A stretch of DNA of 64,000 nt from Dicyema japonicum. Its lineage: Eukaryota > Animalia > Dicyemida. A program made the translations under genes and the position numbers. The DNA lies in the NCBI GenBank assembly GCA_011109175.1, contig RDEW01000034.1:212504-276503 (forward strand), read 5' to 3'. Below the pieces are notes generated by a model. That model searched no databases and was not told where the DNA came from. It saw only the letters and a list, made by a program, of their open reading frames with translations. Below, piece by piece: positions 12,540-26,504 of this stretch; positions within the stretch are counted from its first letter, which is position 1; every line of letters begins with the position of its first letter.

Positions 12540-13000
12540 CAGAATTGAGATACTTCCCTCTTGAATATCACTGCTACCTATTCCAGCTAGAAATTCAATG
12601 CACCTACGTTGTTTCTTAGCTTGACAAGTGTCGCTGTATCAATGATAACTCACTACGGAAAATCTCGCATCTCAGGCATGCGTCCAGATATAGCTTGATT
12701 GCCTGTCCAGAGGGATGTTCAGCAGACCTCGGCATCGTAGGAAGTCTCGGTGGCGTTCCGTAAGGTTTTCCATGATTGGAGGACGTTTAGTGTTATCCGT
12801 AGTAACTTTTTCGAAGATCTAGATAGTATTCTGATACATCGGTTTTGTAACACTTCCAGCTTGCTATGTGCCGATAGTGATTGCGAGGCAATACATGAAG
12901 AACAGTCATACTCGATAATCGGTAGAAAAATTTTTTTACATAGAAGTTCCAACGATGGGAGAAAAGTTACATGAGATTGTCTAAAAGCCTGAAGAAATCC
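12540..13000 (-). mobile_element. LINE post-RT fragment
   Basis: KKIFLPIIEYDCS..HSKLEVLQNRCIR, typical of the post-RT region of APE-type LINEs. Confidence 0.6.
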
Positions 13001-13739
13001 AATTTTCTTTTAGATCTTCGATAATTATTGTAATTAATTTTTTTATATTTTAATTAATTAAAAAAAATAACATTTTTTTTAATTTGAAAAATACCGGGTA
13101 AATAATTTGTTAAGTAGTTGAAAGCTCATTACCAGAAGTTAGAATTACACATATTAGAATATCCCTGATTGTATTAGTAACATTAATATTTAGGTAAACC
13201 TCCTTAAGCATTGATTGAATTATTGGATAAAAAGAATGCTGAATCAATTGATGATCTATTTTTTTCGTTATATAATGAAAATATATGAAAGGAATAATGA
13301 ATTGTTCACATTGGTTTAACACTGGTGGCTACACTTGTGGTGCCACTGGTGAATAAGTGGTGCCATTGGTGCTAAAAGACGAAGAAATATACTACGAGTT
13401 TGAGAAACATACTTCAGGCCTAAATGGAGATGTGTTGAAAGATGCCTTGTTTGTTCTGATTCACATAGAAGATCGCAGTGTCCGGTTACGAACAATAATA
13501 AGTCCTTTGAATTGTGTTCATCCATCGACTTTGCCAATTATGGAAGATGTCCCAAGGCTGTTGAAGCTAACATTGCGAAGAAAAACAAAATTGACCAAAA
13601 AGGAAAGAATCGAATGGAAAAATTTATTTCTAAAACGAGAAAATGCCCATAATGGAGAAAGGTGATTGTTTCAATAGGAAACGAATAAGAAATTAAAACT
13701 GGCTGGAATAGGACATATATAGAAGCTTCAATACAGAGA

Positions 13740-14000
13740 AGAGAGGCCAGCCACCGAAAAAAGAAAAAAAAACCAGAAGTAGTCAGGATAACCCTGATTA
13801 ATGCCCGTTCTCTTTGGAAACGGGCCTCAGTGCTGGTTGCTATAGCCAGCACGATCCAGATGGGAAGTTCTAATTATTAATGAAACTAAATTGAAGCACA
13901 TGGATTGGATTTAGCATCTGAAATTGATGACGAATACGAAAGAAAAACGAGAAGAATTGGTGATTTATTACATTGCTTGTGGAAACTCGCATTGTAATTG
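13740..14000 (+). mobile_element. APE endonuclease N-terminal fragment of a LINE
   Basis: K-rich stretch followed by VRITLINARSL and an NETKL-like motif. Confidence 0.5.
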
Positions 14001-14099
14001 GGGCTTTTTACGGAGAAGAGACATACGGTGTCTCATGAGAGTGCCCGATATAGACGACCCCAAATCTTGGCTTTCCTCTTTAGTTAATGGCTCTTATTT

Positions 14100-17000
14100 T
14101 GTTTAGTTAGTTGGGGTTTTGCGAATAAATTATGTTATGAATGATAACACAGATAATGATACTTTTGTAAGTCCTTTAAATCAAATATTTCTCCATGGAG
14201 TGGAGAAAAGGTTAAGGGAGGTAATTTTAATATATTTGAACGCAGATACCAATGGAGATTATAATGCCAGTTATACATCGCTTGGGAGTATATTAATGAT
14301 GATAACAATGGATGCGTGTGTGCCTAATGTGTTTGAATACTACTACTGCTGACGGAATTTCGCCTGAGGTAAGACATGAGGTGTTGGTATGTTGTCTACT
14401 CTCATTTCTCAAAAAATAAAAGCAATTATATGTCTTTGTTCGAATTATGTATGTTTTATTACGATTTCTAGCATAAATGTCATTAACTTTTTTGATTGAC
14501 TATGTGGCTGTGTGTGGTCATTCTTTACATGTGGAAGTGCAATTGAGTGCGATGGAAGTAATTGTGGTCATTTATTCGATAAATGATGTATCTTCTCTAC
14601 TCAGCAGGATATTGAGTCTGGTCTCAGTACACTTACTTGTCAGAGAGATTTCAAATTTTTTGGAGGGATGCCATTGAAATGATATATGCTTTGTTATTCA
14701 GATATTCAGTCTCAATTGTCATTGATCATACCTTCAATTTGTTGTGCTTTAAATGTACTGCTGTATAATTTTAAGCCACTATTAAGCTCTATTTTCTATA
14801 ACTGGACATTTGACTTAATAACAGCCAGTTTCAAATCAGAATGGTCTGTATCAGAATTATTACTATGACTTGTTCTTTTCCATTTTTTTTAGTTGTTTTT
14901 TTGTATTTTAGGTGACATTGTCTGTAAATTATAATTGCAAATTAGACTTCACTCACATGACTGTTTGATTATGAGCATACAAAGAATGGATCCTCACACT
15001 TCATTAAATGATGTTGTTATTGACCTAATCATTAGGATTACTTCATTCTCTACTACAAAGTTTAGGATTATCTTTAAGGACAGGTTCGGTTTATCCATCA
15101 TTACAGCCCGTCTGGAACTTTATGGTTAACAAAAATTATACATCATCTCACTAAATCGAAATCTACTCAACGACTGCAAGAATTTAACGCATCATTACAA
15201 CTGCATCGTTCACCGGTGGACTATCATAATTTTTGTCAGGCAATGTTCTTCGTTAATCTCAATTGCCCGTTCACAGTTAGGTAGATTTTTATCATTAGTA
15301 GTAGGTTCAGAATTGAGTCTCTGATCAAAATGCCCACATCGGGACAAATGCACTAGATATATGAGTTGCGTTGTAAAATATATCACTCAATTTCAAAAAA
15401 GATATTCAAAACGCACTAGGGAGCTTACTGCTCGATTCCTCAGCGACTGTACGTGAATGTGTAGTTAAGTTGATCGGAAAATCATAAGAATTAAACCTTC
15501 GCTTATTGCCTCATATTATGATGTGTGGAAGGTCATAGTTTTATTTTTAAATATATTTTAGTATCGTAGTACTATTGTACAAAAGGAAGGTAGTAAAACA
15601 ATTTATTATCACCAAAAATACACTGTAAATCACCCAATAGTAACAAATATGTGTGTCCATAATGATGAGGATTTCGGTTAGGTAGCAAATATGGATTATA
15701 ACAGAAATTGGTGGTTATTTTTGGGAGTAAAATGAAGAATGGTTGTGATTTTAGATATTTAGATGTCCTTCTATCTTCTGATTTGTTGGAGACATATCTG
15801 AGAAGTGTAAGTCTTCTTGTTATGGTAGGTGTTGAATCAGACTTGTGTGGCATAACTAATGGTAGACTTTATTATCAGCAATCTTGTATGTGCAAATATA
15901 TCAGTCTACTTTCAAACACTTGAGGTTATATCAGAATATATCCTACTACTTTGTGAGACAATTATAGGCATTATCAGAGTATTGTTATACAGAACACACT
16001 GGAAATTGATTAGGATAGTACAATAGTTGTGGTTGAAAACCCAAATTATGATATGCTAACACATTTGGAAAGGCAGGTGGTGTTTATATATTGTTGGATT
16101 GTTTTGCAGACATTTTGATATACCTGCAGTGATATGAATGTATTTATGTGATTTATTTACAAGCTGAGGATGAAACTCTGCGAGGGATTGTCGGTACTAT
16201 TGGTTGGTTTGCCCTTGTATTTAGGTCTACTGACTCTTCGATGGCCCAAACTTATCCTGTGTGATAAAATGAGAAAACTTTACCTGGATATATTCAATCA
16301 GAAAATGAAAGCATGTGAGTTCTGGTTTTTGCTTTTACACAATATTATGTTTTAGATAATATTGAATCGTTTATAACTTAAAAGAATGTGTACAATTTTT
16401 TAGTTAGCGTAGAAATGAAAGCAAAGCGGCACAAATGTACAGTAATTGAGTGCTCAGTAAAAAACTACCCTTATAAGAATTTCAATTAATGTACTGTTCA
16501 AAGTTACCCATAATGAAGTAGTCTAACCATATTCATTTGAACCTCACTTGATTTACCTTAACACCGATGAGGATGACTGCATCTCTAAAAAGACGATTAA
16601 TGCCAATAAGAGAAAACACTTTGATAAATGTTATATTGATGCTTATTTTAGGTTATTGCAACTGGAGGACTCAATCTTTGTTATGAACACGCACGATCTA
16701 GAAAAGTCAAAGAATGTGTTTCTGTCTTGGTGTATATTTATACCCATTTCAACAGAACATGTGATAGTTTATTTATTGATAATATTCTGTGTTTGCTCGA
16801 CGATCATTTCTTCATCGATGATAATCTTGTTCACTTGTATTATTATTATTATTACCCCAGGATCACTGGTCAAAGAGAAAGAAATAAAAGTTCTCATCTA
16901 ACTAAGTGATCCCAGCCGACAAAGGTGAGGACGAGTCCGGCGGGTCGAGAATCCTGAACAGCTCTTCTCATAACTTGTATTACACCACCGTTGATCATAC

Positions 17001-17300
17001 GATGCATGTTATTCACTAAATTGATCTCATTTTTTGAGTTTTTGAGCCATCGCTTGAGGAATCATTATTGAAGTATTGATATTTGTTATTCTAGAAATTC
17101 TCAAAATATTCCATAAATTCATTGTCTTTTGAATATTTTTACAATTCTCAGTCATTTATACTTCTCGTAGAAATGAGAGAGTGGCTAAATAAGCTTTGAA
17201 TTTCTGAGAAGTTGCTGAATATTTTAGTAAAATTAGCATGTACACCCACGTTGATATGGAAATTGATAAAACAGGTTAAACATATTTATAGGTGGAAGCA
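14100..17300 (+). pseudogene. NIPBL: NIPBL/Scc2 (Nipped-B) cohesin loader, C-terminal HEAT region, heavily decayed
   Basis: Ordered motifs vs human: VEVQLSAMEVI (ELQLCAIKLV), DLITASFKSEWSVSELLL (DLLSTVNKPEWPAAELLL), LLDSSATVRECVVKLIGK (LMDNSTSVREAAVELLGR), LGLLTLRWPKLILCDKMRKLYLDIF (LGFAFIQHPSLMFEQEVKNLYNNIL); many stops and frameshifts; 30-nt intron 15532-15561; outer limits uncertain. Confidence 0.8.
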
Positions 17301-18799
17301 GAAAAATGTGACAATTACGACCTCCTTACAAGTGTGCTTTTGCTTTTCTACGACTGTCAAGTAAAGATTAACTCACTGGTTGGGTTGTGATGGAGTTCTC
17401 TCTAAGTCCTTCAAAAACAATATCGATAAACTATCTGTTAGGAGCAACAAGAACATACATCCAGTCAGTTGTATTGAAAAGGGCTGTTAATAACCTGAAA
17501 TCTTCTTTAAATGCTGTCACGGTAAAGAACAAAAGACGCTGTGAAATGATCTCACAAATAGGGAATCCACCCTAAATTGTTGTCACAAGATGGGGAAGCT
17601 GGCTAAAAGTATTCAAAAATTAGTCCCAGAATTTTCCAGAAATTATTAAAATTGTTTCTGAATTTGAAAGAGATGGAGTTTTAATCAAAAATGTTTCGAT
17701 TTTAATTATTTTAGGCCAGAAAACTCAGTTAATTATTCAATTGAAAAATCTTATGAAGATCTGAACAGCATAGAATTTTCATCAGATCGGTGCAATATAA
17801 AAAATTATATTTCAAAAAAACTTAAAAAATCTGGGATAGTAAGTATTCTTGATTTTTCTTTTTTAATTTTTTCGCCAGAAATATACTCGTACCTTCAAAA
17901 TCGTTGCCGAAGCTCAGCCTCAGTTGAATGGGCGATATCTCCTTTGACGAAAATTCTTACTAAAAATCGAAACTTTAAACCTGAAAATGTTCAGGAAAAT
18001 TTAATTTCGCATTACACTAATTGATTTCGTGTATTTTTTATAATGCAATTTTTTACAATTAAAAAAATTATGAAATTTTTATTTTTAAAATTCCAATTTC
18101 TGGTTTCCTGATAATTAGGCTTAAATACATATTCTATATGACGGGAAAAGCATCAAAAACAATTTTTAAAAAACGTACTATTTAATTTTCCTAATATACG
18201 CCCGTTTTTATGAACATTTGACAGAGTTTCTGTCTCGTAAAAATCAGCATGTTATTATGAGAGGCCTAAGAAGAAATCCATTCATAACAACATTAAAAGA
18301 TACAGGATACCGAGGTCATCAACGCAGTCATCCACATTTTTTTTGAGTCAACTTCAATGAGTCTGATTTCACTCTTACTTCGCTCTCTGTTGAAGCGCTT
18401 AATTCATTCCAACGACGTGTACTTAACTTCCAGATGAGCTACAAGTAAATTAAGCATCATGGAAATGAATCAACTTCATCCAATTCAATCCCTATTAGTT
18501 GCCTCAGCCAAACCGATTCCGCATGTCTTTCTTACGATTGGCCAATTTCCCCCAGATTCCTTCAGGAAAGAAACGGTGATACTTCCTGTAGCAGCAGACG
18601 TTTCGATTGCCACCGGTACAAAACGAAAGCGGTCCTCATTTCGTTATATTTTTTAATGATAAATTTTGACTTTCTCTTCGACTTTATTCCCTTTAATGTA
18701 TTTTTCGTCCTTAATTGTTCGTGTTTTTTAAACATTTTCTATTACTGATATCTTAAACATTTCTATTACTTATCAAATAAAAATATAATGAATGACTAA

Positions 18800-18898
18800 G
18801 TTGAAATCAGAGTTGACTCCTTTATCAAAACGGACATAATTGTTGAGCATAACAAGGCAGACTTGTTCGTTTTTGATAAAAGGAGAAACAAAATCTGG
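18800..18898 (+). mobile_element. R4/Dong-like RLE domain remnant
   Basis: VEIRVDSFIKTDIIVEHNKADLFVFDKRR is homologous to 35915-36109 (EIRVDTT..KPDIFVFDKRR). Confidence 0.6.
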
Positions 18899-18935
18899 TC
18901 GAAAAATCTGAGAACTAAAAATAATTAGTTATATT

Positions 18936-19017
18936 GCCAACATGGCCGAGCGGTCTAAGGCGGCAGCTTTAGGTGCTGTTATCTCCGGATGCGTGGGTTC
19001 GAATCCCACTGTTGGTA
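18936..19017 (+). tRNA. trnL-UAG: tRNA-Leu(UAG)
   Basis: 82 nt; acceptor stem GCCAACA/TGTTGGT, D-arm TGGCCGAGCGGTCTAAGGCG, anticodon stem GCAGC/GCTGT with loop TTTAGGT, long variable arm, T-loop GGTTCGAATCC, discriminator A, no encoded CCA. Confidence 0.95.
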
Positions 19018-19021
19018 TTAG

Positions 19022-19028
19022 TTTTTTT
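19022..19028 (+). terminator. RNA polymerase III oligo-T terminator
   Basis: T7 run 4 nt downstream of the tRNA-Leu 3' end. Confidence 0.8.
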
Positions 19029-19049
19029 CTATTTCCTGTTTATTTCTTA

Positions 19050-19600
19050 CCCTTCTGGAACACAATACGCTACGAAGTGGGATATCGTCTAGAGTTCATT
19101 GATTTATAAGACCTGTTCATCCGTTTTCTTGCCGGAGTTTTGAAGCGCTCTCTTTAGTTTGCTGATTTTCGTCAATCTGGAATGAATGTCCTCTAGCTTT
19201 GAGAAGGGAAGCGCCCATACAGGAGTAACATACATCCCCCTCTCTCTGGAAAATAACGTTATTTAGGATGTGGACTGTACCGAAACCTTTTTCCAGTTGA
19301 AAATTCATTATTCCTTTTGAAAGCTTGGACTTTCGAGAATTTGAAAGTAAGAAAAATATGATATCCTCTCCACCATATTTCTTTTACGGTCGGGTCTTTT
19401 TTCTAAGATCACTTGTTTATTGTGAGTAAGGGAAACAGCAATTCTACACCATCTGCTGGAAAATAAATCGGAATATCAAACTGTTTTTTTGCCAGAAATT
19501 TCTGCCGGCAAGGGAGAGAAGGTAGGTCTTTTGTCTACAATTATATGTAGTTTTCTCATCTAGATGACCGGCATGAAAATTTAGGCACAAGAATTGCTTG
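19050..19600 (-). mobile_element. LINE post-RT remnant
   Basis: Minus-strand YVTPVWA..KLEDI..RAL resembles the EYASPVW..KDI..LE.VQRRA pattern. Confidence 0.4.
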
Positions 19601-19869
19601 TTTGCCGATCATAAGAAGCAATCATTATAGTAGGCTACTAATCTGTAACATTTTATATATTTTATAATAATAATTTATTTACTTTTTTAAATAAAAAAAT
19701 ATTTAAAAAACTTTTAAATCCCCTTGTGTGTTAATCACGTAATGCATAAAAATTGTTAAATAATGCCCGTACCATTTGGTTAATTTGAATGTCAATTATT
19801 TGGTGATTTAATAGGTAATATTAATTTTTATTGATTTTTATTTTTTAATTTTTCGAGTTTTTAAATAAA

Positions 19870-20350
19870 ATACTAGCGTGGGATCAAATATCATCATTCA
19901 CTATGTTGCAACGTTCAATTAAATTGACATTGAAAAGATTAACTCTATTAGAAAATATCCTGATGAATTTTATATCAACTCACAAGGAAATCTTTTTTGG
20001 AATTTATGTGGGACATTTGTAACTCTGGAACAACTTGACTTTTTCACAGAGGCCAACTAAGAAAACTCCTAAGGAAATCTCAAACAATAAATTGACAATA
20101 AGTCTAAACGTACTTGAAGCAGGCTGGCGTTTTTTTGGACATATTCTACGGATGGATGAACAGACACCATGCAATGCTGCCATGGAAGAATTTTTCGGCC
20201 ATACTGTATCTCCTGCATTCAGAGATGTCCAAGAAATTGTCTTTCAAGGACACTCGCGGACGATAACGCAATGATCGGGAGCCAACTGATGGATGCGGAC
20301 GATCTGGACGAAGTCAGGAAACGAGCACGACAACGGAAAGGATAATCGAA
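19870..20350 (+). mobile_element. RTE LINE C-terminal fragment
   Basis: AGWRFFGHILRMDEQTPCNAAMEEFF..AFR, then DADDLDEVRKRAR. Confidence 0.75.
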
Positions 20351-20519
20351 AACATGGCACAAGTGAAACCATAAACAGTTTTTACAGGTAACGCGAATGT
20401 GCTTTAACTAACAAACATTTGTAACTGCAAAAAAACAATTTTTATTGATCACGTAGATCGTCTATGAAGCATATAAAATACAGGTTTATTATTTTTATTA
20501 CTATTTTATAGGTTTCAAT

Positions 20520-20940
20520 AATATAAAACCCATTGACTTTCTCTTCCCATCTGCCGACAAATGGGACGATAATTCACTAAGGCTTTTGTCGAATCCCATA
20601 TTCCCTTGCATAAATTTAACAGTAAAAGCATACGAGACTTGTTTGAGAGAATTAAACATAATTTTCCTTCTACTTACGCATGCCGAAAAATTGTAGAAAA
20701 TTAGGCCAGAAGCAGCTTTACAGGTTTTATTTTCATTCATTATAAAACAGAGAATTTTTTTTGATTGATGAATCTGATATCCGAGGACAGAAATATGTCA
20801 ATACACTTATTGGAAGAATTTCTGATCCCTAAAAAATATTTTTAGTATCTTGACGTCATTGTCTTCTGAGGCTAACTCTTCAATTATGTCAGATAATTGA
20901 CGATGTTCTAAGGAATTTTGCGATAGATCGCGTAGACGCT
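20520..20940 (+). mobile_element. hAT-superfamily (CGGBP1/DUF659-like) transposase fragment
   Basis: FTKAFVESHIPLHKFNSKSIRDLF..PSTYACRKIV and FLIDESDIRGQKYVNTLIGRI..QIIDDVLRNF. Confidence 0.6.
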
Positions 20941-21124
20941 ATAGAACACATTCAGAAATTGGATTTCGGGGACGATTTATGTGGAATCAGGAAGTATTGG
21001 AATCATGATTATATGGCAATCAAGTACTTTCTATCACAAAAATGGAAAAACAACATATTTCTCCATATGTAAATTGAATTATATTTTTCTGTATTTTAAT
21101 AAAGATTTTGATTAGTTTTTTTCA

Positions 21125-21975
21125 ATACAGCCAGATCCTCTCCCGTGGCTTACACCTTTTTGAGGCGAGTTTGCTTCCAATGCTGTAGAGAAAGGCGTCC
21201 GTCTTCGCTTTCATGGTTCCAGTTGTCTCCACAGCAATGGGGTGAAATGATATTGGTCTCAGAGGGATTTGTATTTACGGATCTTCTTGGCCTTCGGCTG
21301 GTCGATTGCGGAGAGTGTGTCGCCGTCAGCTATCTGGCCCCTGAGAAGGTGTCCACACACGTTACGTCCAGACGAGTGAATTCCGTAGGAGTATGGGAAC
21401 AGTGTCATGTCATCCGGCCTCTTCTCGTCACCTCTTTCTAAGCCCAAAGGTTCCAATTGGGCCTTAAATACTGCGGCCTTGAGGACTCGAAAAGTGATAT
21501 CATTGAGGGCTGCGTGGCGCGAGACTCGACAAGCACTTCGTCGGCAAGAGAGTAGATGTAAGCCCCTAGTATCAACGTTCTCGCCGCAACGGCATTTGTG
21601 TCTCTGGCATATGTCCAGTCCTAGGCGCAATGCCACCCCGATCCTCAGGCTGTTTTCGTCAAAGAGGGTCCTCAAATGTGGGTACGGTAGGGGCTCGAGC
21701 CAGACTCCATTTCCGCGATGTGTGGCCGACTTAATGCTTGCTAGTCGGTGTTGGTTGGCGCTTTTCTTCGCAGCCTCCAGAGTGCTGGTACATGCAATCG
21801 AGTCCCAACTCTTCTGGCAAGCAAAGTTCGACAGGAATTCCAAGCCCAACTTTCCCCACAACTTGCTAACTCTATCAAGCTCCGAGTCCAAGGTATGTCC
21901 GGTTGCGTTACGCAGGACTACTTGGACCAAGCGAATGCAGCTCGCAAGGATGAAAGAAAGCAAGCAGGGCGGCTC
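21125..21975 (-). mobile_element. CRE element 3' part (CCHC + RLE)
   Basis: ORF 21259-21963: WLEPLPYPHLRTLFDENSLRIGVALRLGLDICQRHKCRCGENVDTRGLHLLSC..RHAALND..LEPLGLERGDEKRPDDMTLFP. Confidence 0.85.
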
Positions 21976-22479
21976 AAGGGGGGATCTTAACCCAATCGAA
22001 AATGGAAATACATTATTGAGAAGAAAAAAGACACATGTGGAACCAAAGAGTTTTTTTCTACATTAAAAAAAATTATTTGTTTAAGAAATTTATCATTAAG
22101 TCAAAAAAAATTTTGAAATTTTAAAGTCAATAAAGTCAATTTTTTAAATCAAAATTTCCGATTTATAAGTCAAAATAAAAATCGCCTACTTATAACTTAA
22201 TTGAACCGGACAGCAAATAGATAGGATATGATCTCATAAAAATTATTACAGAATTGGAGAAGAGCTAAATGGCGGAATAATACGGAATTGGGAACCGAAC
22301 GTCAACATCTAAATTGATTTTTTCGCTGAGTTTGAGTTGACAGAAACATAAACACAATAAATTCGACGCAAAATTAATGAGAATACTATTTTTCGTCCCC
22401 CAAAAACAGAAAAAGGAAATTTTTTATTATAATTAATCAGTTAAAAGAGCACTAAACCTAGGGTTCACGAATTGTAAGA

Positions 22480-22920
22480 CTGCTACTTCTAATAGTAGCA
22501 ATCGCGAAGCCATTTAGTCATTCTTTGATTTTTTGTGACCAATTGGATCATCAGACGGACTAGATCGTCCGCTTGTATTCCAAGGATTCCTGACTGCTCA
22601 GCAGCAAATAGAAAAATAGGTGATCCTCCGAAACGGTCCTCAACTCTTATTCTGGACTAAATGTATCTATGACACCATCGGGAGCTGTGGACGTTTGGAA
22701 GACTTATATCTTAATGTTCCGAGAGAGCGACGCTAATAGAAACCGTATTCAAAACGTGTTTTGTAAAAGCACTGGGGATGCTATAAGACATGATGCCTCA
22801 AAACTACGATTATACGGTGCTTTGCTGAACGCCTATCCTATACCGAGATTGGCATACTGTTGGTGATGACGCATTGAGAATTGCTACTCGATGCGTCTTG
22901 ATCTTAAGTGTTTGGGGATC
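22480..22920 (+). mobile_element. CRE remnant, pre-zinc-knuckle region
   Basis: SKLRLYGALLNAYPIPRL followed by DALRIA across a frameshift. Confidence 0.55.
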
Positions 22921-24699
22921 GAAAATTGATATTTAGAAAAATAAAGCTATTTAGTCCCAATATATTATTTTTTAGTATTTTTCAACCACTTAAGCAAATT
23001 TTCTAACATCAGTTTTTTAGACGCACACATTGATTTCTTTTTAACTGCAAATAAAACAAATAATTTTTCAAAAATCAAAATGACCATTTCAGACTGATCC
23101 TTTCAGGTAGTTGTTCTCGGATTTATCCTGTGATCACAATTACTTTTCCAGTCCCAGTTAAGATTGTACATCAACTTTCAAATATTCAAATGTAAATGCG
23201 TGTCTCAAAAGGAGGGAATAACTCCATTATAATTCCGATTCGAGTTGAGGTACAAAATCAGTGAGCGAATACTAGATGGGTACTATACAAACCCTCGATA
23301 GCATAACATTGGACCTAAGCTAGAGATGATTCTCATAAGTTATCGTTTTGACGTCATGGTTGTAAACGATAATTTGAAAAAGTCAAAAAAGTTATCAAAC
23401 AAAAATATCATAATTTCATAAAAAATAACCATCAAAATTATAACAATAAACAAAATTGAAGCATTTTTTAGTTCAGATCATACTCACTGCATATGATTGT
23501 GACGTACTCTTCCTCCTGTCCTTCCAAAAAGTAAGGGATCATCTCAACGTGTCTACAAAGATATACAATTCTGTAGGTATCTCCAATAGATGATCAAGTA
23601 CTCCAAGTACTCCAAGGAATTGAGATTACATAGATCCATAGAGTTGATGGTTTCAGGAGATTGTAATACTTATATTAATATTTGTGGTAGTCGGTCTTTC
23701 TGTGAACCTTCAACCTCGCATATCCACTCTTCGAGTAAACAGCCTGAACGCTTTCTCAGATCTCTGATGTGAAAATGGTAACATATACTTCCAAAAAAGT
23801 ATCAAAACAAAGTAATCATGGAAAAGTAATCAAGCAGTCATCTAAATTTGATACTGATTTGATGTTAACAAAACCAAAATATTTAATTATTTAAAATATT
23901 TAATTAAAAATTATTTTAAATTTATTTTACTTATTCAAAGAATTAAATGATTTTTATTTTAAATGAATGTACGATTTACGTTAAAAAGGATTATCTTCAA
24001 CTCAAATTGGACTCAAACTGGGGAACCAACCTATCAAACAGGAATATAGAAAAAATAAATACCTTCCAAAAAATGGCCAGTAAGGGTTTGCAAAGGTTTT
24101 CTTGGACACCTCTAAACCCTTTGAATGACCGCAACATTTCTATCATATTTATACAACCACAATATCGTCCATACATTTAAAACGCATGTGCTTCGTTGTC
24201 TAATCCCTTTCGATGCTGGGAAAGTGGATGAAAGGTTGATTTTCGATTTGCATCTGCTTGCTACGATAATAAAAAAGAACATAGCTAGACAGGATTTAAA
24301 CTTTTAAGTGATTTTCGTACTACTCTCTCAGCCAGAGACGTATTATTTATACGTCGTAAACAAGAAAGTCATATATGTGAATGGTCTCGGTATGTATCTG
24401 CAGTCAGTGGATTCTATTAATGGGAAGGTTGGGTGGTTTGGATTAACGATTGTCTGCTATTATGTACGCTCCTCATTTTAAGGTGACCGAGAATCACCAC
24501 TATTTGTTAAGAGAAAGACAGGTGATCCGCCATCTATTAGTATTCTCATCAATGAAGATGAAGAACAAGCACTGCTCTTTAAGATCTCTGAGCCGTGCCG
24601 TGATTGCACTTTGGATCTCGCTTATTAACATCTAAACCACTCAAATATTTAAAAAAAAACTACATGTTGAGTATTTCCTCAGCTTCTCCATTACGGAAA

Positions 24700-26100
24700 T
24701 TTTAATAGAGCTGTATCATTATCAACCCCACTTATCTTATACTTCAATTAACGTCCTCTCATTAATGTGATATAAAATACTTACAAAACCAATTAATGGA
24801 ACTCTAATCAAAATTTGGGAGTAAAACGTTTAAATAGTTCATTTTTAATTTATACGCATCACATGCATAGATTGAAGCATAAAATCTCAATTGTTACGAA
24901 GCTAAATGACATAACTGTAATTTCTTCAACCCCAGAGTCACCGAGGTCATATAAGTGCTTTCAGTTTCTACGGTCGTAATCAACCCAAATAAACCACATA
25001 AGTCATCATGTATTGTGAAGCACCACATTAGGCCATGTTAATTCAAAGCAGTGAACAGATAAAAGAAGCCTTCGACCAGTCCTGTCGGGAATCAACCCAA
25101 TTCCCATTTTAACTGCTTTAGAAATAATCTCTCGTGGGAAATATCACTAGCAATGTTTGATAAATTAAAATGATTATTGTTCGTTTTGTATCTTATCGAT
25201 CACATTTTACAAATTAAACTATTAATAAATTGTATCGAGAGCTTTCCTCCCATATTAATAGCCACAACAAAAAGTCGAAACATTTCTGTTGTGTTAAACC
25301 GCACGTATAAACCGAGCATATTATCTATAGCTCCGCTCAGACAAAACACACTTTAATTAAGTAAAGAACAGTTATCGTAACTAATCGTAAATCTTTTTTC
25401 ATAAACTCTTGTACGCCAAGAACATTTCGAAGTGCCGCCAGACGTCCCAGGTTATTGAAGGAAGATTTCATACTTAATGTTCCAGTTGACAAGAATCCCG
25501 CGGAACGTGGACCGTTTGAGAAACCATTGGTATTTCTTCCCTTCAGTATTCCCGATTTTCTATGGTGGATATACTTATGATAGTAATAAGTCAGTCACAT
25601 GTGCTATATTTTAATATTCCAAGTGTGAATTATCTATTGGGGCCTTACAAGGTAGCTTTCCCCAATAACCTATTACTAAACAAGATCTCCTTAAAGTAAC
25701 TGAGGACATTAGACTTAATAAAGCACTAATCGACTCAGCAGGAGGGAGGCCTAACCCATGAGTCTTCTTAAGGATGGTCGAATGAAATGCAATATTTTTA
25801 TAGTAATTAAGTCTAACTAAATGGCTCTCTCGAAAACCATCCTAACCTGTCAATTATCTCAAGTCTTAGTTAATTTTAGTAAACCACGGATGACAACTTC
25901 ATAGCAATCAATAATTAATCATTTACCATATAAGCAAGCACCACATGGTTGACTATTCACTACTACGAGACATATTATTTTACAAGTCCATTTGTTGTAT
26001 TCCTCAATAGTCTTCTTCACTAAATAAGAGACAAGAGGAATCCCCATTTCCGAGAGTTCATAGATGTGAGTGTTTTCTCCGAGATCAGATGACCCGCGTA
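24700..26100 (-). mobile_element. CR1/L2-like LINE (APE-RT), very degraded
   Basis: Minus-strand DISHERLFLK (AFDxVxH-like) and other weak RT/APE motif remnants. Confidence 0.4.
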
Positions 26101-26504
26101 AAAACCAGAGTCTGTAAGCATGTATTTTCGGTTTCCGTGGTAATTACATAGCGCGTGTAACCCGAAAACTAACAACAACGTGATCCTTCATTTTATCTTG
26201 TCACAATCAAGCTCTCTTAGTCCATCTAAGTCCTCTCCCTAAGTCGGCTCACAATCTTTTGAAGGTTTTCGTTCAGGACCCTCGGGAAAGTGATTTTTAG
26301 TCGTCCAGAATCGGGGAAAACAACTCCCCCATGGCCACTCAAGAACTTAACATATGTTTAAAGAACCTAAGCATTAAATTATAAAATACCCGTTAAAAAA
26401 GTTCATAGTAAATCGGAAAATGCTCTCCAATAATATCAGTGTCTACGCCAATAACAAATTTTGTGGTTTATATGTAGTGTTATCTCTAATTGATGACCGG
26501 CCTC

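Noticed and set aside
13316-13665. ORF 13357-13665 as a viral/Polinton gene or NIPBL N-terminal part
   Set aside because: No recognisable motif; cannot be tied to NIPBL or any family by eye
23460-23780. Minus-strand peptide RHVEMIPYFLEGQEEEYVTI as an RNA polymerase subunit fragment
   Set aside because: Resemblance too weak and no second supporting motif
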